From Nostoc punctiforme PCC 73102 (GTDB lineage: Bacteria > Cyanobacteriota > Cyanobacteriia > Cyanobacteriales > Nostocaceae), in assembly GCF_000020025.1 (NCBI RefSeq), contig NC_010630.1, positions 60,001 to 92,000 of the forward strand: a stretch of 32,000 nt of DNA. The letters are read 5' to 3'. Of the stretch, positions 16,287 to 25,000 are shown one piece after another (position 1 is the first letter of the stretch; every line of letters starts with the position of its first letter). The position numbers and the translations under genes were made by a program. The notes beneath the pieces are model-generated. The model was not told the origin of the DNA. It was given only the letters and a program-made list of their open reading frames with translations, and did no database searches.

Positions 16287-16697
16287 TTATTCCTCGTCTT
16301 CATCTGTCTCTAAATCATCGTCAATTTTTACCCCGAATGGTAGGGTATCAAAACCTAAGTTTTCTAAAGTTAAAATGGCTGACTCGACTGAGGAATTGTT
16401 GATGGTTTCTTGATTCACTAGGGATGTAAGTAATTCACAAACTCCCTTGTATTGATTGGCATTGTAATCAATCCATCTGTTTTCAAAGAAGAGTGCATCA
16501 TGCAGCGCCATTACCACTTCTGTATAGGGGTCGAAAGGTAATTTATCGCGCAACTTCCGCATGGTACGCAGTAGATTGTCTGCATAGACAGCTGCTATTG
16601 GTTCTCCAGTGTATTGTTGGAGTTTTTGTAAATCTACTAAGAGAGTTTTGGTAATTTCTACTCCTGAAACTTCTAAGACGGTCTGTTCAATATTCAT
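16287..16697 (-). CDS. 136-aa protein with an acidic tail, translationally coupled to the PIN-like gene (candidate antitoxin/partner)
   Basis: Its stop lies 6 nt before the PIN-like ATG. GAGGAA inside its last codons serves as the SD for the downstream gene. The C-terminus is IDDDLETDEDEE. Confidence 0.5.
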   Translation of the reverse strand: MNIEQTVLEVSGVEITKTLLVDLQKLQQYTGEPIAAVYADNLLRTMRKLRDKLPFDPYTEVVMALHDALFFENRWIDYNANQYKGVCELLTSLVNQETINNSSVESAILTLENLGFDTLPFGVKIDDDLETDEDEE

Positions 16698-16852
16698 TGT
16701 TTTTATTTGACAATAAGTTCAGTTTATTCGGAGCTAATTGACATTTTATGGGGTAGACTTATGGGATGAACCCGCAGTTCAGATCCGCTCTGTACCAACC
16801 CTAGCGGCAATACCTAAGTCTACAGGTTATTCTATTTTCTAGTCTATTAATT

Positions 16853-17200
16853 TTATTCCTCAAGATACTCTACCATCGCCGTCAGGTCTGCCATAGCCCG
16901 ATCAAATCGATTTAACAAAGCTTGGGCTACTTCTGGATCAGCGTTGACGGTTGCTAGTTTTTCCCGTACACGACGGTCAAGGGCTTCTAGCCACAATGAC
17001 AAGCCTGTATGCCGAATTGCTGATAATAACCCCATGTTGGTGAGGACAGCCAAATGAAAACCAAGTTGGTCTTGTCCGCCATAGCCTAGATATCCGTTAC
17101 TCAGTTCCAGCTTTTCTGGGGTAAATTCTAAATACTGTTCAAAGGTAATACCAGCTTTTTCTAGCTGGGGTTGGGGCAATGAAGGGTGAGATTGAGTCAT
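16853..17200 (-). CDS. Hypothetical protein (115 aa), divergent from parA
   Basis: Open frame, GC-richer than the flanks (31 of 60 in line 16921-16980). I recognise no family. Confidence 0.4.
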   Translation of the reverse strand: MTQSHPSLPQPQLEKAGITFEQYLEFTPEKLELSNGYLGYGGQDQLGFHLAVLTNMGLLSAIRHTGLSLWLEALDRRVREKLATVNADPEVAQALLNRFDRAMADLTAMVEYLEE

Positions 17201-17349
17201 AACACAATTCTTTTAAGTAATATTTGTGTGGAATTCGAGGGAATGCTCCTGCTCAATGAGTTTTTCCTAGTAGTAGGACAACACTACCCACGATGGTTAA
17301 TCATACTCTTTGTTCCTGGCATGGCCTGTGTCAACTCTATGGCGTACTA

Positions 17350-17377
17350 TTGACATACAAACTCTGTAAGTTAGTAT
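17350..17377 (+). promoter_or_regulatory. Sigma-70-type promoter for the partition operon
   Basis: TTGACA (17350-17355), a 16-nt spacer, then TAGTAT (17372-17377). The spacer is occupied by the left arm of the inverted repeat AACTCTGTAAGTT. Confidence 0.5.
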
Positions 17378-17446
17378 CTTTGTTACTTACAAACTTACAG
17401 AGTTACGAACAAACAGAGTTACGAACAAACAGAGTTACAAAGTTAC
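17357..17446 (+). promoter_or_regulatory. Iteron / operator-centromere-like cluster upstream of parA
   Basis: 13-bp inverted repeat aactctgtaagtt (17360-17372) / aacttacagagtt (17392-17404) with a 19-nt spacer. It is followed by 16-bp direct repeats cagagttacgaacaaa at 17398, 17414 and (partial) 17430. Confidence 0.6.
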
Positions 17447-17457
17447 GGAGTCAGGAT

Positions 17458-18087
17458 GTGCATATTATTGCTGTTGTGAACGGAAAGGGAGGGTCAGCTA
17501 AGACGACAACTAGCGTCAATTTAGCAGCCATCCTTGCTGAGAAATCAAAAGTATTGTTGGTAGATGCAGATCCTCAAGGTTCTGCTACTTGGTGGGCAGA
17601 GCGCAATGAGCGAGATTTTGAATTATCTAAGGAAACAGATACGAATGAGTTGTTAAAACTTAAAAAAGTAAAAGGGTTTGATTTTATTATTGTGGACACT
17701 CCTCCGGCACTCCACTTTGAGGCACTGCAAATTACTATCGATGCAGCTGATTTTGTTTTGCTGCCATCTCCCCCAGCCCCAATGGATCTTCAGGCACTGA
17801 TTGAAACTGTACAGGCATCGATCATGCCAGCAAATGTTAAGTTTCGAGTTTTATTAACTCGTGTTGATCCTCGTAGTTTGGGTAAGGCACTTGATGCTCA
17901 ACAAGCACTCATGCAAGGAGGTATTCCTGCATTTAACGGTTTTGTCAGGGCTTATGCTGTTCATGAACAAGCTGTTCTTGATGGCATACCAATTACTCAA
18001 GTTCGCGGAAAAATAGCTCGTGAAGCTGAAGGGGATTATCGGCGTGTTGCTGATGAGCTTTTGAGAGAGGTAAATACTCATGGCTAA
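17458..18087 (+). CDS. parA: ParA-family partition ATPase
   Basis: Deviant Walker A VNGKGGSAKTT, then LLVDADPQGS and the Walker B-like FIIVDTPP. The ORF-track start (17293) reads through the promoter and iterons. GTG 17458, with GGAG 7 nt upstream, gives a normal 209-aa ParA. Confidence 0.85.
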   Translation: MHIIAVVNGKGGSAKTTTSVNLAAILAEKSKVLLVDADPQGSATWWAERNERDFELSKETDTNELLKLKKVKGFDFIIVDTPPALHFEALQITIDAADFVLLPSPPAPMDLQALIETVQASIMPANVKFRVLLTRVDPRSLGKALDAQQALMQGGIPAFNGFVRAYAVHEQAVLDGIPITQVRGKIAREAEGDYRRVADELLREVNTHG

Positions 18088-18973
18088 AGCACGTCGTCGT
18101 TTATCTGATCTTGTCCACGAAGAAACGCAAAAAATCAGAGAACCAAACTTACAGACTTCGGAAGTTACAAAGTCCGAAAGTTTATTAGAAAATCCAAGTG
18201 AAGCAGAAGACAAAGTTACAGACTTACAGACTTTGGAAGCTACAAACTCTGTAATATTATCCGAATCCGAACCTTTAAGCAAAGCAGACTCAACAGAACA
18301 ACAGACTGCCAAGGTTACAGACTTACAGACTTCGGAAGCTACAAACTCTGTAACGTTATCCGAATGCGAACCTTTAAGTAAAGCAGACTCAACAGAACAA
18401 CAGACTACCAAAGTTACAGACTTACAGACTTCGGAAGCTACAAACTCTGAAGGTTTACTGGAAACTCCGAGACAAGTAGAAGACAAAGTTACAGAACAAC
18501 AGACTGCCAAAGTTACAGAGTTACAGACTTCTGGACTTACAAAGCCTGTAACTCTACCAGAATCTTCAAGTGAAGTAGAAAAAAGAGTTACAGAGCAACA
18601 GGCTTCCAATGTTACAGACTTACAGACTAATAAATATTCAGAGTCTGTTTCTTCTATGCAAATTGCTATTGAGCGGGAGGGTGAAGAAGTAAACAAAACT
18701 ACAAAGTTACAAAGCTTGAAAGATACAGACTTACAGAGTACCGAACTTCCGAAGTATTTAAAATTGGAGCGTAAGGAAACACGATTGAGACAGGATCAGA
18801 TTGACGCACTTACCGATCTCACCCGGAAATTAAATAGAACGAAACAAGTTAAAGGTGGTGAGAGACTTACAGATAATACTTTGATCCGTGTTGCAGTAGA
18901 TTTACTGCTGAATAAAGCTTCGGAGCTTCAAGGTACTACAGAAGATGAGTTACGAAGCTCCTTAAATCTGTAA
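18080..18973 (+). CDS. Putative centromere-binding partition partner (ParB/ParG analogue) with a repetitive acidic Thr/Ser/Glu-rich middle
   Basis: The ATG overlaps the parA stop by 8 nt. The N-terminus is basic (MAKARRRLSDL). Next come 33-aa repeats (KVTDLQTSEATNSVTLSE.EPLSKADSTEQQT.). The conserved-looking C-terminus is RLRQDQIDALTDLTRKLNRTKQVKGGERLTDNTLIRVAVDLLL. The role is assigned by position only. Confidence 0.6.
   Translation: MAKARRRLSDLVHEETQKIREPNLQTSEVTKSESLLENPSEAEDKVTDLQTLEATNSVILSESEPLSKADSTEQQTAKVTDLQTSEATNSVTLSECEPLSKADSTEQQTTKVTDLQTSEATNSEGLLETPRQVEDKVTEQQTAKVTELQTSGLTKPVTLPESSSEVEKRVTEQQASNVTDLQTNKYSESVSSMQIAIEREGEEVNKTTKLQSLKDTDLQSTELPKYLKLERKETRLRQDQIDALTDLTRKLNRTKQVKGGERLTDNTLIRVAVDLLLNKASELQGTTEDELRSSLNL
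18212..18480. repeat. 99-bp tandem repeat (~2.7 copies) within the parB-like gene
   Basis: Units start at 18212, 18311 and 18410. ACAAACTCTGTAA recurs at 18242 and 18341, and in truncated form at 18440. Confidence 0.85.
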
Positions 18974-19011
18974 GTTCGAGAGTTTGGAAGTTTGTAACTT
19001 ACAGAGTTTGT
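18964..19011. promoter_or_regulatory. Second copy of the par inverted repeat, spanning the parB-like stop codon
   Basis: aaatctgtaagtt (18964-18976) / aacttacagagtt (18996-19008), 12 of 13 complementary. The 19-nt spacer is the same length as in the copy at 17360-17404. Confidence 0.6.
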
Positions 19012-19107
19012 TATTAATTTATCTTGCCTGATGTGTGATCATCGCTGTCGATTCTCACTCCATTTGATGAGTTTGATTTCGACAAATAAAAAGTTAATCA
19101 ACAATTT

Positions 19108-19311
19108 CCATGACATCTATATATCCCTGTTTTGTCAATCTAGGTGAAACCAATCTCTGAAAGCTTTTCGGAGCTTTACTTTTCAGCTTTTGGCTATACT
19201 TTTTAGTTTCTGCTAGAAAATAAAGGCTCAAAACTTGATTAAATCAAAGTTTCAGAGTTTCGCTTCGATTATTATTTTCCGAAAGTGATAAAACAGGGAT
19301 ATATACATGGC
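19108..19311. mobile_element. MITE-like element (~200 bp) with 16-bp perfect terminal inverted repeats
   Basis: tatatatccctgtttt (19118-19133) / aaaacagggatatata (19291-19306). The outer ccatg / catgg also match. Confidence 0.5.
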
Positions 19312-19345
19312 TAGTGTCGGTTGTTGCCATTGCCTACGGTGGGCT

Positions 19346-19999
19346 TCACTTGATCGGATAATATAATCCATCGTCACCAAAACGCCAACCACGAGAAGCG
19401 GGGTCTCTATGGCGGCTCCATGACTCAAATTCGGATGGACTTTTGCTTTCTCTCTCTCTGGAAAGGCTTAATTCATCAACACCCAATCTTCGAGCTAGAT
19501 TTTCCCCAGTTAAAGACTGAATTTCTACTGATATACCATGAAACTGATGAGATGATGAAAATTGCCTTCTGCCTGTATTTCCCTGGTGTCGAAGCTGCCC
19601 TAGTGCATTGTTAAGTTGGGCAACGTTCTTGGCGACGGTTTCTAACTTTTCTTCCAAGTTACTTAGCTGTTGTGCTTGTTGTTCCGTGGATGTTGATTCT
19701 ATACTTTGGGTGAGATGCCCCAAAACAGTTTCTATTTGCTGTAAGCGGTTCTCTATACTGCTTTCTATACTCGAAGTATTATTTACCTGATTTGCTTCCA
19801 GTGCTGAGAGTCGGCTAACTATCTGGTGTAGAACATTTTCTATACGATTGTCAGCAACTTCTGCCTGTCCAAGGATATGATGCAGACCCTGCACTACCAA
19901 CTCCGTAGCTGACACTTGGCGTTTTTTTGCTTCGGCTCTGAGTAATTCAACTAAAGACTTGGGAAGTTTAAAATTTACTGATTCCCGTTCTATAGCCAT
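19346..19999 (-). CDS. Ribbon-helix-helix (CopG/Arc-like) N-terminal domain protein with a long coiled-coil middle
   Basis: The likely start is ATG 19999 (MAIERESVNFKLPKSLVELLRAEAKKRQVSATELVVQGLHHILGQ, an RHH pattern). The ORF-track start at 20080 would run into the VapC remnant. The C-terminus is ...WSRHRDPASRGWRFGDDGLYYPIK. Confidence 0.6.
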   Translation of the reverse strand: MAIERESVNFKLPKSLVELLRAEAKKRQVSATELVVQGLHHILGQAEVADNRIENVLHQIVSRLSALEANQVNNTSSIESSIENRLQQIETVLGHLTQSIESTSTEQQAQQLSNLEEKLETVAKNVAQLNNALGQLRHQGNTGRRQFSSSHQFHGISVEIQSLTGENLARRLGVDELSLSRERESKSPSEFESWSRHRDPASRGWRFGDDGLYYPIK

Positions 20000-20055
20000 T
20001 AAAATACCCATACTTGAGCAATACCTGTCCTTAGTTAGCTTACAGTGTACTGAAA

Positions 20056-20370
20056 AACAACTCAAACTATTTCTTCCCAATCCTCAACTTGTAAGCCATT
20101 CACCCGATTGAACTCAGATGTGTTGTGAGTGACCAGTATTAAATTCAGTAGACCGAACTGAGCGGAAGAATAAGGGTTTTAGCCTTCCTTGATAAGAGCC
20201 TTCAGCTTCTGTTTTCGGCAATATTTTATAAGTTGGATAGATAAGCGGGAAGCGTTCACTAGGCTGAAAGCCTTACTCAGCATACTTTTCTCTCATATGG
20301 ACAAAGGCGAACGTGCTGAATTTGTTACAAAAACTTTACATGGTGATAAATTTTGCGTGTATCTTGTCTT
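20056..20370 (-). pseudogene. Decayed VapC-type PIN toxin gene
   Basis: The minus-strand frame gives a typical VapC C-terminus, LNLILVTHNTSEFNRVNGLQVEDWEEIV*. The same frame upstream contains at least two in-frame stops (..KALIKEG*NPYSS.. and ..SPLSI*EKS..). Confidence 0.45.
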
Positions 20371-20387
20371 TACCCCAAGAACAAGCC

Positions 20388-21446
20388 TCAACTGCTAAGT
20401 TGGCTCATTTTCGCCTTCCGAGAGGTATACTTAACACGGGTAACAAAAATTGCGCTTACAGCACCGAGTGCTAACAAACCTAACCCAGTAGAAGGTTCAT
20501 GGACGGGCACAAGTTGCTGGTAAGCTGCGTCTGCCACTATCTTATGGAAAGCTGTTGTCGGTTCGAGCGAATACCAGAACAAATACTGGTTTTGAATATT
20601 AGGCTGAGTACCGCACAAAGTGATTTTGCTTGGATCTAATTGATCTAGACAAGAATCTTGCACATTTGTAAAACCATATTTCGCTGGATTGGAGAGAATT
20701 GCATTAAATAAAGAATTAACATCAAAAAGTTGAATTTTGACCCCATTATCTAGACTTTGATTTTGAATATTAATCAATTTAGCCAAATCGGCGTTATGTT
20801 CAGAAGTCAGAGTATTGAGCGGTGTGGCTAGAGGTGTGTCCTGTATATAAGGGTTTTTTCCCAAATCTGGTAAGTTAGGCACAAAAATGTTTTGAGCGCC
20901 GACTTTAACTAGCGAATTAATTGCTTGCGATAAATTACTAATTGTTTGGGTAGGTGTCTGATAAGGCTGAAAACTGTTTGTAACAGGAATGTAATCAGCA
21001 GCACCAGCCCACACTATATAAAGAGCATTCGGATCGGCAGTAGGATTAGTTGTTGTAAAGGCGTTTATCTCCTGCTGCAATCCCAATGCTAGTAAAGGGT
21101 CAGAAGTAAGATTGGCAAAAAGATTAGCGGTTCCCGTTGTAGCGTTTATATAGGCATAGTTAATGCCTTGGCTAGAGCTAGCACCCCCAAGAACAGCAGT
21201 GTAAGGAGTGGGGTTTAATCCTAGATATTGTGAGAGATAATCTATCCAGATTGGGCCATTAGAAGCACGTCCTTGATAGAAAGGTGGGGAAGAAGGTGAG
21301 GTTTGTCCCGTAGCATTGAAGAAGTTGCCAGTATCGGAGAGATCGTCGCCAAAGACAAAAATTTTATCGAATATAGCTGCCGAAACTTTGATCGGAAACA
21401 TGCTAGATACAAGTAAAATTCCTACTGCTAGAATTGATTTTTTCAT
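20388..21446 (-). CDS. Secreted SGNH/GDSL-hydrolase homologue with a PEP-CTERM sorting tail; catalytic residues substituted
   Basis: The signal peptide MKKSILAVGILLVSSMFPIKVSAA starts at ATG 21446 (the ORF-track start is 21491). Block I is FVFGDDLSDTGN, block II GRASNGPIW, block III VWAGAADY, block V FWYSLEPTTAFH. The C-terminus VHEPSTGLGLLALGAVSAIFVTRVKYTSRKAK is a PEP-CTERM motif plus TM plus basic tail. Confidence 0.8.
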   Translation of the reverse strand: MKKSILAVGILLVSSMFPIKVSAAIFDKIFVFGDDLSDTGNFFNATGQTSPSSPPFYQGRASNGPIWIDYLSQYLGLNPTPYTAVLGGASSSQGINYAYINATTGTANLFANLTSDPLLALGLQQEINAFTTTNPTADPNALYIVWAGAADYIPVTNSFQPYQTPTQTISNLSQAINSLVKVGAQNIFVPNLPDLGKNPYIQDTPLATPLNTLTSEHNADLAKLINIQNQSLDNGVKIQLFDVNSLFNAILSNPAKYGFTNVQDSCLDQLDPSKITLCGTQPNIQNQYLFWYSLEPTTAFHKIVADAAYQQLVPVHEPSTGLGLLALGAVSAIFVTRVKYTSRKAKMSQLSS

Positions 21447-22033
21447 TTGGCAAAAGAATGGCATATTTTTCCTTAATTGAGCCTTTAACATTAAAAATTG
21501 AGCTATTGCTTTTAGATAAATAATTCTTTTGTGTGCCTGTAATTACATGATTGCAAGCTTTGGATGTTCCATTTGAAATGCCAGCTATCATTCGAGGTAA
21601 ACATGGAGGTACTAGACAATTAATTAGAGGGAGGTATAGTTATCCACTAGCTACAATTTAAACCTATTCGGTTTCTGTTTGTGGCTTGATACTTTTTAAG
21701 TATTAACGTCTGGATTTATTTAGTATGCCACTATCTCAGTCTTTTAAGAATAAGTTCTATAAAAGTTTTTTATTATCTATTTACTCTTAAACAAAGAAGA
21801 GAGTTTTTACGTTAAGCAGTAGACCGTAACTATGGGGTTGCTTGTGAAATTTGTTTACCATCTAGCTAATTTTGCTTGATCTTTAACTCGGCTTTTATAA
21901 GCTTAGTTTATCATTCTCTCTAGAAATCATCTTTTGTGCATTTTCCGAAAAACGGTATCATAAACTACCATTTTTAGCGATCACCAAAGTTTTCGGTCTA
22001 CTGACTTGAGTTAGTATTCAAGTTGGATGGTTT

Positions 22034-25000
22034 TCAAAAAGTTTGTGCCTCATTCAAACAGTCTCTTAATTTGTCTGCTAGGTCTTGAATATATGGGTTG
22101 GACATCATGGTAAGATGCTCCCCTGGTACGGTGTAAATTTTGACAGGCTTAACAGTTAATTTTTCCCAACCCAATGCAGAATTGGGACAATCTGAGGATA
22201 ATGCAGCACTGGCTTTAAAAAGAATGACTTGGTTTGGATAAATCTGTGGAACATAGTTTTGAGCAGCTTGAAGATTCGCCTTGAAAACTTCTGCCAGAGG
22301 ACGAAGATACTCAATTCCAGCATCGGTTGGCATAAGCCCAGCCATTTTTGCCCGCTCCAAGATGTAGTGTAGCTGCTGGTTGAAAGTTAGCTCTTTGAAC
22401 TCATCGTCACACTCGACCAATTTTTTGCCAAAATAAACTCCGATAACGTGAGCAAAGTTGTTCAGGAGTACTGTGTGGTCAAAGTCGTTCTGACTCTCAA
22501 AGTTGGGAGCTTGACTGTCGAATAAGGCAAGCAGGGCTACCTGATGGCCTTGTTTTTGTAACTGAACAGCCATCTCAAAAGCTATAGTTCCGCCCAATGA
22601 CCAGCCACCGAGTAGGTAGGGACCTTCTTTTTGAACGATGTGCATAGCCTTGATATAAGAAGTTGCCATCTCTTCAATGCTAGTCATCGGTGTATGTTGT
22701 CCATCCAACCCTTGAGCTTGCAGCCCATAGAAAGGTTGCTCCTCACCTAAATAACGGGCTAAATTGAGGTAGCTCACAACGTTACCCCCAGCTGGATGCA
22801 CGCAAAAGAAAGGTTTTTTAGAACCATTAGGCTGAATTGCTACCAAATGAGACCAGCTTGAAGAATTAACTTGCTGACGAATAATGGTAGATAATTGTTC
22901 GATGGTCGCGTTTTGAAAAAGCGTACTTAGAGGTAAGCTTTGTCCAAATCGCTTGTGAATCTGAGCCATTAAACTGACAGCTAAGAGAGAATTCCCAAGG
23001 TCAAAAAAGTTATCCAAAACACTTATAGGATTAGTGTTCAGAATGTTTTCCCAGATTTGTGTAAGTTGAAGTTCCACAGAATCCCGAGGCGGGACAAAGG
23101 TATTTTGTAGCTGTACGTTGTGGGGTGCAGGCAATGCAAAGCGATCAACTTTGCCATTTGGCATCAGCGGCAGTGTTTCCAAGATGACGAAGTGTGATGG
23201 CATCATGTATTCTGGGATCTGTTGTTTTAAGAACTGGCGCAGTAGCTTGTCGGTGGGAGCTGGCTCAGTGTTGGATACCACGTAGGCGACTAGGCGCTTG
23301 TCCCTTAGAATATCTTCACGGGCGATGACACAAGAAGCTTGTACATCACCTAGTTGGCTCAGAACTGCCTCTATCTCTCCCAACTCAATGCGGAAACCAC
23401 GGATTTTTACCTGATTGTCAATTCGTCCCAGGTATTCGATGTTGCCATCAGGTAAATAACGTGCCAAATCACCAGTTTTGTAGAGCCGGGAATGAGGGTC
23501 AGTGCTAAACGGGTTGGGGATGAATTTTTCAATTGTCAATTGTGGGCGGTTGAGGTAGCCTCTTGCTAATCCAGCACCAGCAATGTGCAACTCTCCTGCT
23601 ACACCCACAGGTACTGGTTGCAGATATTCGTCTAAGATGTATATCTGTGTGTTGGCTATGGGCCTACCGATAGGTGGTGCAAAAGTTGTACCCTTTTCAA
23701 TTAATGCAAAGGTCGAGTAAGTTGTATCTTCTGAAGGACCATAAAGATTGAAAATATATTTAACTATTTGTTGCTGGTAAATCTGCTGTACCAGTTGATT
23801 TTGTAGCGGTTCTCCAGCTAGGTTAACCGTGCTTACTCCCCCTGGTAAACCATTTATGCGAATTAACTCGGTGATGACGGAGGGGACTGTATTAATCAGT
23901 GTGACTTGTTCGGCAGCAGGTAAGGTAGGTAAATGTAAGGCATTCTCAGCCAAGATAACTTTTCTACCCCAGGATAGAGGTACAAATAACTCAAAAACTG
24001 ATAAATCAAAACAGATTGAGGTACAAGCTAAAACACCAGCCAGTTGTTCTGGAGTAAATACCTCTTTAGCCCAAGCGACTAAGGCAACTGGGCTGTGATG
24101 TTCTATAGCTACTCCTTTTGGCTTACCTGTAGAGCCAGAGGTATAAAGGACATAAGCCAGGTTTGTGGGTTGAACTTGACTATGAACATTGTCTTTTGGA
24201 AATTGAGCGTAGGCGTAGTCTGCTGTAAGTATCGCATCCCAATTTTGATCTAAGTAAACTACCTGCGCTTGATGTTCAGGTAATTTCTCAACTAGATGCT
24301 GTTGTGTCAATAATACAGATATTTGGGCATCTGACAATGCGTAACCCAAACGCTCACTAGGATACCCTGGGTCAAGTGGTACATAAGCCCCACCCGCCTT
24401 GAGAATCCCTAACAATCCCACTACCATCTCTAAAGAACGCTCGATACAAATACCCACCAGCGTATCTGGTTTTACACCCAAAGACTGTAAGTAATGTGCC
24501 AACTGGTTAGCGCGATTATTCAACTGCTGATAAGTCAGTTGTTGGTTTTCAAACACCACTGCTACAGCATCGGGTGTACGTGCTACTTGCTCCTCAAACA
24601 ACTGATGGATACACTTATCATAAGGATAATCCGCTTGAGTATCATTCCATTCCACCAACAACTGCTGTCGCTCAATTTTTGTAAGCATTGGCAATTGCGA
24701 AATCCGTTCCTCTGGATTAGCCACAATTCCTTCAAGTAATGTCACAAAATGCCCAGTCATCCGCTCAATAGTGTTGGCATCAAATAAGTCAGTGCTATAC
24801 TCCCATACACCCACCAGTCCATCAGCAGTGTTTTGCATTGATAAAGTCAAATCAAACTTGGCAGTTGTACTTTCTACCACCAGTGGACTGACACTTAACC
24901 CAGTCAACTCTACTTCAGACATAGGTGCATTCTGAAGTGCAAACATCACTTGGAACAGTGGTGTATAACTGAGGTCTCTTTGTGGCTGCAATGTTTCTAC

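Noticed and set aside
17398-18480. Possible CRISPR array (16-bp repeats at 17398-17446; 99-bp repeats at 18212-18480)
   Set aside because: The repeats are directly tandem with no unique spacers. One set sits in a promoter/iteron region and the other is in frame within a CDS. No cas genes are present.
20189-20398. 69-aa plus-strand ORF
   Set aside because: It is antisense to the decayed VapC frame, with no SD or motif, and it ends inside the lipase-homologue gene's 3' end.
21403-21591. 62-aa minus-strand ORF and the N-terminal extension of the GDSL homologue (start 21491)
   Set aside because: The signal peptide begins at the internal ATG 21446 (MKKSIL...). The upstream extension lacks signal-peptide character, and the 62-aa ORF overlaps it out of frame.
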